NCBI RefSeq assembly: GCF_039654945.1
Contig: NW_027361813.1
Span: 1,488,001-1,552,000, forward strand
Direction: 5' to 3'
DNA length: 64,000 nucleotides
DNA from: Dendrobates tinctorius
Taxonomy: Eukaryota
Shown here one piece after another: positions 35,202 through 46,129 of this stretch. Positions within the stretch are counted from its first letter, which is position 1, and every line of letters starts with the position of its first letter. Under the pieces are notes generated by a model. The model had not been told where the DNA came from and made no database searches. It worked only from the letters and a program-made list of their open reading frames with translations. The translations under genes and the position numbers were made by a program.

Positions 35202-37665
35202 TATAGCACAAAAACCCATAAGGTAAAATGGCACAACTCGTATAGATAATAAACCTCCAAAGAACAAAAAATCCGTATACCATGCCAGTAAATATTTGAC
35301 TTTATTCAAATTAATATAACAAAATAATATGCAAGAAACACAATATCAAGGCTACTACCAAATATTTCATAGGAGAAACTAACGCCAGAAGCCTGACCTA
35401 CTAAATATGCAAAAGAGTGCTCCTAGGAGTTCACAGACACTGCCACCATCTGTATCAGCCATGTAGTAATTAGCAATACAAAGACTGCCATTAAATAAAC
35501 TGATGCTGGTTGCTGTGAGGAGCAAAGAGAAAAATCATTCAAGACACATATAAATGTGGTCTGCTAATGCATCCTCCACAAGCGCCCCGACGCGCGTTTT
35601 GTCCCTTCGTCTTTGTATTGCTAATTACTACATGGCTGATACAGATGGTGGCAGTGTCTGTGAACTCCTAGGTGCACTCTTTTGCATATTTAGTAGGTCA
35701 GGTTTCTGGTGTTAGTTTCTCCTATGAAATATTTGGTAGTAGCCTTCAGGGCTGTGGAGTCGGTAAGCCAAACCTGCGACTCCGACTCCTCAATTTCCCT
35801 TCCACCGACTCCGACTCCCACATATATTGCTTATATTTAAGTGAAAAATTTATTGTAGTACAATGTGAACATCAGACATTTTAATCATTTTTATGATCCA
35901 ATAATCAAGATATTTAGATAGAACAGAATATCTGTTTATTGGAATACAACTTTAGAACACTAAAAACTGTAATAAGTTGTAAATATGTAATACACTATGT
36001 AATATCGATTACATATATATATATATATATATATACAGTACATATTATATAACACTAATAAACTATGTAAGTGGCAAAAAAACAGATTTCAACAAAAACA
36101 TACTAAATAACATTTGTGCAGTCTGTGAATTTGTTCTAAGAAATAGAATTGCCTCCATCAGATCCTCCTTCATAGATGACCTCACATCTGACCTAATAAT
36201 AAGGCCAGAGAACAACCTCCCTACAGTAACTTGGGTTGGAGGCAAAGTCGTAACCACATGGGAACATCTCTAACAGTTTCCGGGTATAAAGGAATTGCCT
36301 CCTGCACAGTCAGTTTTCATGAACGGTTGAATTTTTCTTTGAGAGCAAGTGAAACATTTTGCTGAAATCTGGTTAATCTGCTGCTATAGGAGACGGAGTG
36401 AAATCTTTTTCCTTGCAGCAACGCTTTGCCTGCTCCATATCATCCAAATATTTGTCAAAGTCAAACTCCTCATCTGATGAGGATGAAGATATGGACCCGA
36501 GTCCTCTTGTGCCTGGCAGTCCTCCTGTAGGCCACTCTTCCTAACTGCTACCTCAGTCAGAGCTTCTTTTCTTTAGTAAGCTGTTGATCATCAAGCAATA
36601 TATGATGACTTGTGTCCACATAAACAGCTGCCAGAAAAATTGTATTTTCCAATACCTGTGTCTCTCTCCGTTTCATTGAAGCAGAAATGCCATCTGCGAT
36701 TAAACCTCCTCTTTGGGACAGGCAAAATAGCAAGTTCTTCCACTCCCTTATGAAAATACCAGGAGTTAAATCCTCAGCTTGTAATTTTTTAGTCACGGTA
36801 AATAGGTGATTAAGCAATTCCTTCAATTCAGCCACCTGTGTCCATTGACCTTCATTTAGGGTTACCTGAGGGTTTGCCATATCTATAAGAAACTGTTTTA
36901 GCCAGGATCAAAACTAGGGGGGGCAGAACCTCATACTGTTCCGCAGAATCTCATACTGCACACCTCAGCTGCTGCAGAACCTCATACTGCACACCCCTAC
37001 ACTTGAAAATAAAGCCTGCACCTTAAGATGTGAATGCAGTCTATTTATTCCAACTATCAATTGATGTTGATGTGTTACTGAAGACGAGCAATGCCTGTCC
37101 TGGGCGTCCTTTTGGGCAGCTATGAGGTGTACCTGACTGGTGCTAAAAAAAGGAGTGTTAGTCTGTGTGCTACCCGGCTTTCATTCTTTTTGGTACAGAT
37201 CAGATATGGATAGATTTCTAATCTGCTTTTGCTATTGAAAACATCTATGAGCTCAAAAACCTTTCAGGTGATGCGGTTTTTTAAAAATCTGATCAGCTTT
37301 TGCAGCTGAAAAACGTATCCACAAAAAACCGCAGGAAAAACGCTGTGTGTGAATGTAGCCTTAGATCAGGAATAGAACAGCCATTTATAGGACATTTCAT
37401 AACTTTCCCAAATTCCTATGAAAAAATATTCAGCACATCCTGCATTGAATTACTGTACCCAATTTATTATATATTTTAGGAGTCGGAGTCGGTCCATTTT
37501 ATACCGACTACAACTCCGACTCCACCAAAATGAGCACCGACTCCACAGCCCTGGTAGCCTTGATATTGTGTTTCTTGCATATTATTTTGTTATATTGATT
37601 AATTTGAATAAAGTAAAATATTTTTTTACTGGCATGGTATACTGATTTTTTGTTCTTTGGTGGTA
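35202..37665. mobile_element. Penelope-like inverted pLTR pair without RT, 14-bp TSD, carrying a nested hAT
   Basis: CATTGATTACTGTG at 35188-35201 and 37666-37679. ~35255-35483 is the inverse of 35611-35746 plus 37562-37665. Hammerhead-like remnant GACGAAG...AAACGCGCGTCGGGG on the minus strand at 35585-35611; AATAAA near the outer ends. Confidence 0.7.
35747..37553 (-). mobile_element. Internally deleted hAT transposon, 8-bp TSD GTAGCCTT
   Basis: TIRs CAGGGCTGTGGAGTCGG/CCGACTCCACAGCCCTG, TSD at 35739-35746 and 37554-37561. The decayed transposase C-terminus (36060-36900) is homologous to the ORF at 56503-57942. Confidence 0.93.
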
Positions 37666-37772
37666 CATTGATTACTGTGCCTTGTGGCACGCTCTCATAC
37701 CCTGTGTCCCCGAAAATAGGGCGCCCCCCGAACGTAAGGCATGCTAGGGGGAGCACTGTGCCTGCTAATATA

Positions 37773-39377
37773 CAGTGGGGCAAAAAAGTATTTAGTCAGT
37801 CAGCAATAGTGCAAGTTCCACCACTTAAAAAGATGAGAGGCGTCTGTAATTTACATCATAGGTAGACCTCAACTATGGGAGACAAACTGAGAAAAAAAAA
37901 TCCAGAAAATCACATTGTCTGTTTTTTTTTTTCATTTTATTTGCATATTATGGTGGAAAATAAGTATTTGGTCAGAAACAAGCAATCAAGATTTCTGGCT
38001 CTCACAGACCTGTAACTTCTTCTTTAAGAGTCTCCTCTTTCCTCCACTCATTACCTGTAGTAATGGCACCTGTTTAAACTTGTTATCAGTATAAAAAGAC
38101 ACCTGTGCACACCCTCAAACAGTCTGACTCCAAACTCCACTATGGTGAAGACCAAAGAGCTGTCAAAGGACACCAGAAACAAAATTGTAGCCCTGCACCA
38201 GGCTGGGAAGACTGAATCTGCAATAGCCAACCAGCTTGGAGTGAAGAAATCAACTGTGGGAGCAATAATTAGAAAATGGAAGACATACAAGACCACTGAT
38301 AATCTCCCTCGATCTGGTGCTCCACGCAAAATCCCACCCCGTGGGGTCAGAATGATCACAAGAACGGTGAGCAAAAATCCCAGAACCACGCTGGGGGACC
38401 TAGTGAATGAACTGCAGAGAGCTGGGACCAATGTAACAAGGCCTACCATAAGTAACACACTACGCCACCATGGACTCAGATCCTGCAGTGCCAGACGTGT
38501 CCCACTGCTTAAGCCTGTACATGTCCGGGCCCGTCTGAAGTTTGCTAGAGAGCATTTGGATGATCCAGAGGAGTTTTGGGAGAATGTCCTATGGTCTGAT
38601 GAAACCAAACTGGAACTGTTTGGTAGAAACACAACTTGTCGTGTTTGGAGGAAAAAGAATACTGAGTTGCATCCATCAAACACCATACCTACTGTAAAGC
38701 ATGGTGGTGGAAACATGCTTTGGGGCTGTTTCTCTGCAAAGGGACCAGGACGACTGATCCGGGTACATGAAAGAATGAATGGGGCCATGTATCGTGAGAT
38801 TTTGAGTGCAAACCTCCTTCCATCAGCAAGGGCATTGAAGATGAAATGTGGCTGGGTCTTTCAACATGACAATGATCCAAAGCACACCGCCAGGGCAACG
38901 AAGGAGTGGCTTCGTAAGAAGCATTTCAAGGTCCTGGAGTGGCCTAGCCAGTCTCCAGATCTCAACCCTATAGAAAACCTTTGGAGGGAGTTGAAAGTCC
39001 GTGTTGCCAAGCGAAAAGCCAAAAACATCACTGCTCTAGAGGAGATCTGCATGGAGGAATGGGCCAACATACCAACAACAGTGTGTGGCAACCTTGTGAA
39101 GACTTACAGAAAACGTTTGACCTCTGTCATTGCCAACAAAGGATATATCACAAAGTATTGAGATGAAATTTTGTTTCTGACCAAATACTTATTTTCCACC
39201 ATAATATGCAAATAAAATGAAAGAAAAACAGACAATGTGATTTTCTGGATTTTTTTTTCTCAGTTTGTCTCCCATAGTTGAGGTCTACCTATGATGTAAA
39301 TTACAGACGCCTCTCATCTTTTTAAGTGGTGGAACTTGCACTATTGCTGACTGACTAAATACTTTTTTTCCCCACTT
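37773..39377 (+). mobile_element. Full-length Tc1-like transposon with ~205-bp TIRs
   Basis: TA|CAGTGGGGCAAAAAAGTATTTAGTCAG... inverted at ~39172-39377. The right terminal bases are mutated (CCCCACTT|TT instead of CCCCACTG|TA). Confidence 0.95.
38142..39161 (+). CDS. Tc1 DD34E transposase, 339 aa
   Basis: Paired-like HTH N-terminus, [14 protein letters not shown] and [11 protein letters not shown], with 34 residues between the second D and the E. Confidence 0.95.
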   Translation: MVKTKELSKDTRNKIVALHQAGKTESAIANQLGVKKSTVGAIIRKWKTYKTTDNLPRSGAPRKIPPRGVRMITRTVSKNPRTTLGDLVNELQRAGTNVTRPTISNTLRHHGLRSCSARRVPLLKPVHVRARLKFAREHLDDPEEFWENVLWSDETKLELFGRNTTCRVWRKKNTELHPSNTIPTVKHGGGNMLWGCFSAKGPGRLIRVHERMNGAMYREILSANLLPSARALKMKCGWVFQHDNDPKHTARATKEWLRKKHFKVLEWPSQSPDLNPIENLWRELKVRVAKRKAKNITALEEICMEEWANIPTTVCGNLVKTYRKRLTSVIANKGYITKY

Positions 39378-39764
39378 TTACGCAATCCCCCCCCCCCCCC
39401 CCCCCGAAAATAAGGCATACCTTGCTCTGTGCACGGGGCATGCAGTTGTGTCTCGCTCCCGCTGGCCGGTGCCCACCACTGCAGCCGCGCTGTTTGCAGG
39501 AGTTAATCACAGCCTCGGAGCTGTGGGCCGATCTCCGCCCATGAGCCCTGTGCCAATCGCAGCGCAGGAACCATGGGCCAGCTGACGTCATCCATAGCCT
39601 CTAATTGTTCCTGGGCTGTGATTGGCCCAGGGCTCCTGCTCTCTGATTGGCCCAGGGCTCCTGCACCACCAAAGCACTGAAAGCAGCACCGCAGAGGAAA
39701 CCAGTAAGAAAATGTCTGTGTGCATATGTGTAAGGGTGTGTGTGTGTGTACGGCACACACATAG

Positions 39765-40152
39765 GAGGCTGCGGTGGGATACCGTGATGATGGAGGCTGC
39801 GGTGGGATACCGTGATGATGGAGGCTGCGGTGGGATACCGTGATGATGGAGGCTGCGGTGGGATACCGTGATGATGGAGGCTGCGGTGGGATACCGTGAT
39901 GATGGAGGCTGCAGTGGGATACTGTGATGATGGAGGCTGCGGTGGGATACTGTGATGATGGAGGCTGCGGTGGGATACCGTGATGATTGGAGGCTGCGGT
40001 GGGATACCGTGATGATTGGAGGCTGCGGTGGGATACCGTGATGATGAAGGCTGCGGTGGGATACCGTGATGATGGAGGCTGCGGTGGGATACCGTGATGG
40101 AGGCTGCGGTGGGATACTGTGATGATGGAGGCTGCAGTGGGATACTGTGATG
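39765..40152. repeat. 28-bp minisatellite (GGAGGCTGCGGTGGGATACCGTGATGAT)n
   Basis: About 14 copies. Confidence 0.95.
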
Positions 40153-40710
40153 ATGGAGGCTGCAGTGGGATACTGCTCTTTTCTTCGGATTAATCTATTG
40201 CTATCTGAGCCCAATGTTGTGTCCAATATTTAGTAGGGGGCTAATTAATACTCTTCATTTGAATAAGTGTTAGAAATGCCTCATTTTTTTGGCTTCAACA
40301 CCTCTGTTAAAAAATATTTTTTGTAGACCTGTGTTTCCTATAATCTACACAGAACCCGATAATCCACTCCTTTTTCGGGACAAGCCCCACCAGCGAGGCG
40401 CTCCTTCAGGTTTAGCATCTCCTCTTCCTGCTCCCTCATGTGTGCCTTCACCTCGGCTGACCCCCGGTATGCAGACCGTCTTACTGGGGGACTGGTACCA
40501 GTGTGTACATGGAGAGTGGCTGAGTGAGGCCTCCCGGGCTGTGAAGACTTCTGTGAAGTTGCTGAGCACCCCCATCAGCTCCGACCTCTGACTGTGGGAT
40601 AGCTCAGGGTTACACGCTGCTGACTCCAGGGACTCCATATCCTGAGTCCCGGCCTCCACATCTAGTAACAGATCGGCCTCCCCCTCTTCAGGCAGGCTAC
40701 AGACAGCTAA

Positions 40711-40855
40711 GGAAGAACCTGGTTTAAGGTTCGAAACGCGTCAGGCGTGGGGGTCTGTTTTCCCCTTTATGGTTTTATCATGAAATTATGTGAATAAAAC
40801 TTTTCGTGGATTTTATCAAGTCTCCAGTGCCGGATCTTCCTTCTCTCTTTATGTT
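40711..40855 (+). mobile_element. Short Penelope-like 3' fragment starting in a hammerhead-like core, 13-15-bp TSD
   Basis: TACAGACAGCTAA(GG) at 40698 and 40856; GGAAGAACC-N8-GGTTCGAAACGCGTCAGG; AATAAA at ~40793. Confidence 0.65.
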
Positions 40856-40868
40856 TACAGACAGCTAA

Positions 40869-41346
40869 GGCCTGTTTCACATTTCAGTTATTTGACGTCA
40901 GTCAAAATCCGCCAGGTTGTGAAAAAACGGATCCGTCAGCTTTGTGACACAAACGGATCCGCTTTAGCAGATAGTGACCAAAATGTAAAGGAAAACGAGT
41001 CGGGGGAAAAAAAGAATTTTTTTTTTTCTTTCCACGGCTGTTCCGGAACGCTAATAATCGGGGGATAAAATCCCTGCCACAGCGAATGGGCCGGGCATGC
41101 GCAATATAAATTAGCGGACCGTCGCTCGGGAAAACGTTGCAGAGTCCGTCTCATCCGCCCGGGAAACGCTAAAATTTTGACGGATACGTCAAAAAACAGG
41201 TGGGACGGACAACAGTCAGTCAAGGTCCGCCGCTAATGTAAGTCTATGGGGGGGGGAACGGATCCGCCCCTTTTTTTGGCGGATCCTTTTTTTCGAAAAT
41301 TGGCGGATTTTGACTGACGTCAAAAAACAGAAGTGTGAAACAGGCC
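40869..41346. mobile_element. PIF/Harbinger-type MITE, TAA TSD
   Basis: TAA|GGCCTGTTTCACA...TGTGAAACAGGCC|TAA, with CGGATCCG subterminal motifs. Confidence 0.9.
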
Positions 41347-41454
41347 TAACACACAGGCCTCCCTGTCATGATGAGCCTTCACCATATTTACATGGAATAG
41401 CTTCTGACGCTTGGCATGCTCAACTGGGGTCACCACATAGTGAACATCATATAG

Positions 41455-42222
41455 CCGCTTGTGTACAGTGTATGGTCCCTCCCATGTGACCTGTATACAG
41501 TGTATGGTCCCTCCCATGTGACCTGTATACAGTGTATGGTCCCTCCCATGCGGCTTGTGTACAGTGTATGGTCCCTCCCATGTGACCTGTGTATGGTCCC
41601 TCCCATGCGGCCTGTGTACAGTGTATGGTCCCTCCCATGGGACCTGTATACAGTGTATGGTCCCTCCCATGCGGCCTGTGTACAGTGTATGGTCCCTCCC
41701 ATGCGGCCTGTGTACAGTGTATGGTCCCTCCCATGCGACCTGTGTACAGTGTATGGTCCCTCCCATGCGACCTGTGTACAGTGTATGGTCCCTCCCATGC
41801 GGCCTGTGTACAGTGTATGGTCCCTCCCATGCGGCCTGTGTACAGTGTATGGTCCCTCCCATGCGACCTGTGTACAGTGTATGGTCCCTCCCATGCGACC
41901 TGTGTACAGTGTATGGTCCCTCCCATGCGACCTGTGTACAGTGTATGGTCCCTCCCATGCGGCCTGTGTACAGTGTATGGTCCCTCCCATGCGGCCTGTG
42001 TACAGTGTATGGTCCCTCCCATGCGGCCTGTGTACAGTGTATGGTCCCTCCCATGCGGCTTGTGTACAGTGTATGGTCCCTCCCATGCGGCTTGTGTACA
42101 GTGTATGGTCCCTCCCATGCGGCTTGTGTACAGTGTATGGTCCCTCCCATGCGGCTTGTATACAGTGTATGGTCCCTCCCATGTGGCTTGTATACAGTGT
42201 ATGGTCCCTCCCACGCGGCCTG
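41455..42222. repeat. 32-bp minisatellite derived from the integrase GPY/F motif
   Basis: Unit GGCCTGTGTACAGTGTATGGTCCCTCCCATGC (minus strand: AAWEGPYTV), about 24 copies. Confidence 0.96.
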
Positions 42223-42471
42223 TAGCTCATTCTGTAACATAGGGACCAACACCCAAACCTTCTGCCCTCCTCGTAGGCCCTCAGTCTGGCATTATGGTCG
42301 TACCAGTCACGCTCTCATGGGCCAGGTTGCTCAGTTTTTGCGTTCTCTGAGCCGCAGTACATATTCAACCACCGAGACTCCCGTAGTTTTGGGGTCACCC
42401 TCCCAGCAGTCCTTAATCAAATCAAGTGGCCCCCTGACCCTCCCCCCATAAACCAGTTCAAAGGGGGAGAA

Positions 42472-45400
42472 TCCTGTAGACGCCTGGGGTACCTCTCTGT
42501 ACACAAACAACAGATGGGGGAGGTACCGCTCCCAGTCTCTCCCCTGTGGACGCCTGGGGTATCTCTGTACACAGACAACAGATGAGGGAGGTACCGCTCC
42601 CAGTCTCTCCCCTGTGGGTGCCTGGGGCACCTCTCTATACACAAACAACAGATGAGGGAGGTACCGCTCCCAGTCTCTCCCCTGTGGACGCCTGGGGCAC
42701 CTCTCTGTACACAGACAACAGATGGGGGAGGCACCGCTCCCAGCCTCTCCCCTGTGGACGCCTGGGGCACCTCTCTGTACACAGACAACAGATGGAGGAG
42801 GCACCGCTCCCAGTCTCTCCCCTGTGGGTGCCTGGGGCACCTCTCTATACACAAACAACAGATGAGGGAGGTACCGCTCCCAGTCTCTCCCCTGTGGACG
42901 CCTGGGGTACCTCTCTGTACACAGACAACAGATGGGGGAGGCACCGCTCCCAGTCTCTCCCCTGTGGACGCCTGGGGTACCTCTCTGTACACAGACAACA
43001 GATGGAGGAGGCACCGCTCCCAGTCTCTCCCCTGTGGACGCCTGGGGTACCTCTCTGTACACAGACAACAGATGGGGGAGGCACCGCTCCCAGTCTCTCC
43101 CCTGTGGACGCCTGGGGCACCTCTCTGTACACAGACAACAGATGGGGGAGGCACCGCTCCCAGTCTCTCCCCTGTGGACGCCTGGGGCACCACTCTGTAC
43201 ACAGACAACAGATGGGGGAGGCACCTCTCCCCTGTGGACGCCTGGGGCACCTCTCTGTACACAGACAACAGATGAGGGAGGTACCGCTCCCAGTCTCCCC
43301 TGTGGACGCTTGGGGCACCTCTCTGTACACAGACAACATGGGGGAGGCACCGCTCCCAGTCTCTCCCCTGTGGACGCCTGGGGTACCTCTCTGTACACAG
43401 ACAACAGATGGGGGAGGCACCGCTCCCAGTCTCTCCCCTGTGGACGCCTGGGGTACCTCTCTGTACACAGACAACAGATGGAGGAGGCACCGCTCCCAGT
43501 CTCTCCCCTGTGGACGCCTGGGGTACCTCTCTGTACACAGACAACAGATGGGGGAGGCACCGCTCCCAGTCTCTCCCCTGTGGACGCCTGGGGCACCTCT
43601 CTGTACACAGACAACAGATGGGGGAGGCACCGCTCCCAGTCTCTCCCCTGTGGACGCCTGGGGCACCACTCTGTACACAGACAACAGATGGGGGAGGCAC
43701 CTCTCCCCTGTGGACGCCTGGGGCACCTCTCTGTACACAGACAACAGATGAGGGAGGTACCGCTCCCAGTCTCTCCCCTGTGGACGCCTGGGGCACCACT
43801 CTGTACACAGACAACAGATGGGGGAGGCACCTCTCCCCTGTGGACGCCTGGGGCACCTCTCTGTACACAGACAACAGATGAGGGAGGTACCGCTCCCAGT
43901 CTCTCCCCTGTGGACGCCTGGGGCACCTCTCTGTACACAGACAACAGATGAGGGAGGTACCGCTCCCAGTCTCTCCCCTGTGGACGCCTGGGGCACCTCT
44001 CTGTACACAAACAGATGAGGGAGGCACCGCTCCCAGTCTCTCCCCTGTGGACGCCTGGGGTACCTCTCTGTACACAAACAGATGGGGGAGGCATCGCTCC
44101 CAGTCTCTCCCCTGTGGACGCCTGGGGCACCTCTCTGTACACAGACAACAGATGGGGGAGGCATCGCTCCCAGTCTCTCCCAGTCTCTCCCCTGTGGACG
44201 CCTGGGGCACCTCTCTGTACACAGACAACAGATGGGGGAGGCACCGCTCCCAGTCTCTCCCCTGTGGACGCCTGGGGCACCTCTCTGTACACAGACAACA
44301 GATGGGGGAGGCACCGCTCCCAGTCTCTCCCCTGTGGACGCCTGGGGCACCTCTATGTACACAGACAACAGATGGGGGAGGCACCGCTCCCAGTCTCTCC
44401 CCTGTGGACGCCTGGGGCACCTCTATGTACACAGACAACAGATGGGGGAGGCACCGCTCCCAGTCTCTCCCCTGTGGATGCCTGGGGTACCTCTCTGTAC
44501 ACAGACAACAGATGGGGGAGGCACCGCTCCCAGTCTCTCCCCTGTGGACGCCTGGGGCACCTCTCTGTATACAGACAACAGATGAGGCACCGCTCCCAGT
44601 CTCTCCCCTGTGGGTGCCTGGGGCACCTCTCTGTACACAGACAACAGATGGGGGAGGCACCGCTCCCAGTCTCTCCCCTGTGGACGCCTGGGGCACCTCT
44701 ATGTACACAGACAACAGATGGGGGAGGCACCGCTCCCAGTCTCTCCCCTGTGGACGCCTGGGGCACCTCTATGTACACAGACAACAGATGAGGGAGGCAC
44801 CGCTCCCAGTCTCTCCCCTGTGGACGCCTGGGGCACCTCTATGTACACAGACAACAGATGAGGGAGGCACCGCTCCCAGTCTCTCCCCTGTGGGTGCCTG
44901 GGGCACCTCTCTGTACACAGACAACAGATGAGGGAGGCACCGCTCCCAGTCTCTCCCCTGTGGACGCCTGGGGTACCTCTCTGTACACAGACAACAGCTG
45001 GGGGAGGCACCGCTCCCAGTCTCTCCCCTGTGGACGCCTGGGGCACCTCTATGTACACAGACAACAGATGGGGGAGGCACCGCTCCCAGTCTCCCCCCTG
45101 TGGGTGCCTGGGGCACCTCTCTGTACACAGACAACAGATGAGGGAGGCACCGCTCCCAGTCTCTCCCCTGTGGACGCCTGGGGTACCTCTCTGTACACAG
45201 ACAACAGCTGGGGGAGGCACCGCTCCCAGTCTCTCCCCTGTGGACGCCTGGGGCACCTCTATGTACACAGACAACAGATGGGGGAGGCACCGCTCCCAGT
45301 CTCCCCCCTGTGGGTGCCTGGGGCACCTCTCTGTACACAGACAACAGATGAGGGAGGCACCGCTCCCAGTCTCTCCCCTGTGGACGCCTGGGGTACCTCT

Positions 45401-45585
45401 CTGTACACAGACAACAGCTGGGGGAGGCACCGCTCCCAGTCTCTCCCCTGTGGACGCCTGGGGTACCTCTCTGTACACAGACAACAGATGGGGGAGGCAC
45501 CGCTCCCAGTCTCTCCCCTGTGGACGCCTGGGGCACCTCTATGTACACAGACAACAGCTGGGGGAGGCACCGCTCCCAGTCTCTT
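42472..45585. repeat. 70-bp minisatellite derived from the integrase core C-terminal segment
   Basis: The unit encodes RDWERCLPHLLSVYREVPQASTG on the minus strand; about 45 copies. Confidence 0.97.
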
Positions 45586-46129
45586 CCTTCAGTCTCCACC
45601 AGCAGTTTGAGCATTTGTTTTAATGTCCCGTTGAAACGCTCGCAGAGTCCGTTGGTTTGGGGATGACAGGCGCTGGCCACAAAATGCTGCCCTTGGATTT
45701 TCTCGCCGAGGCTTTCCATCAGATCGGACATGAATTGGGTTCCCTGATGGGTTAACATTTCCCTGGGGAAACCCACACGAGAGCACAGTCAGTAAAGCAT
45801 CCGCCACTTTGCTCGCATGGAGGACAGCGCCGCAGCTTCCGGATACCGTGTAGCATAGTCCACCACTGTGAGGATGAACTTTCTGCTAGAGTTGCTAGGG
45901 ATTGTAAGTGGCCCTATGGACAGCCTCTCGCTGGAAGGGCTCATCGATCATTGGCAGTGGTATCAGTGGGGCTTTCTGTATATCCCCAGACTTTCCAACT
46001 CTGACCAACTAAGCAGGATCGACAGTAGCTGGCTATATCTGTCCCCATCTTGGGCCAATAAAAGTTAAGTGGAGCCCGTACTGTAAGCCACAGGCGATAG
46101 GGGGGCCCTTGTGACCAGGATGTATGCCA

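Larger units (their letters stand above)
40330..46080 (-). pseudogene. Gypsy (Gmr1-type) integrase and INT-RT linker, disrupted by two minisatellites, a MITE and a Penelope-like insert
   Basis: GFPREMLTHQGTQFMS..HPQTNGLCERFNGTLKQML (core), YREVPQASTGFSPFELVYGGRVRGPLD, WEGPYTV (GPY/F) and FHVNMVK. It lies upstream of RT/RNase H on the minus strand. Confidence 0.9.

Noticed and set aside
42472-45585. CRISPR-like regular repeats (also considered for the other arrays)
   Set aside because: Units are head-to-tail with no unique spacers, there are no cas genes, and the context is eukaryotic.
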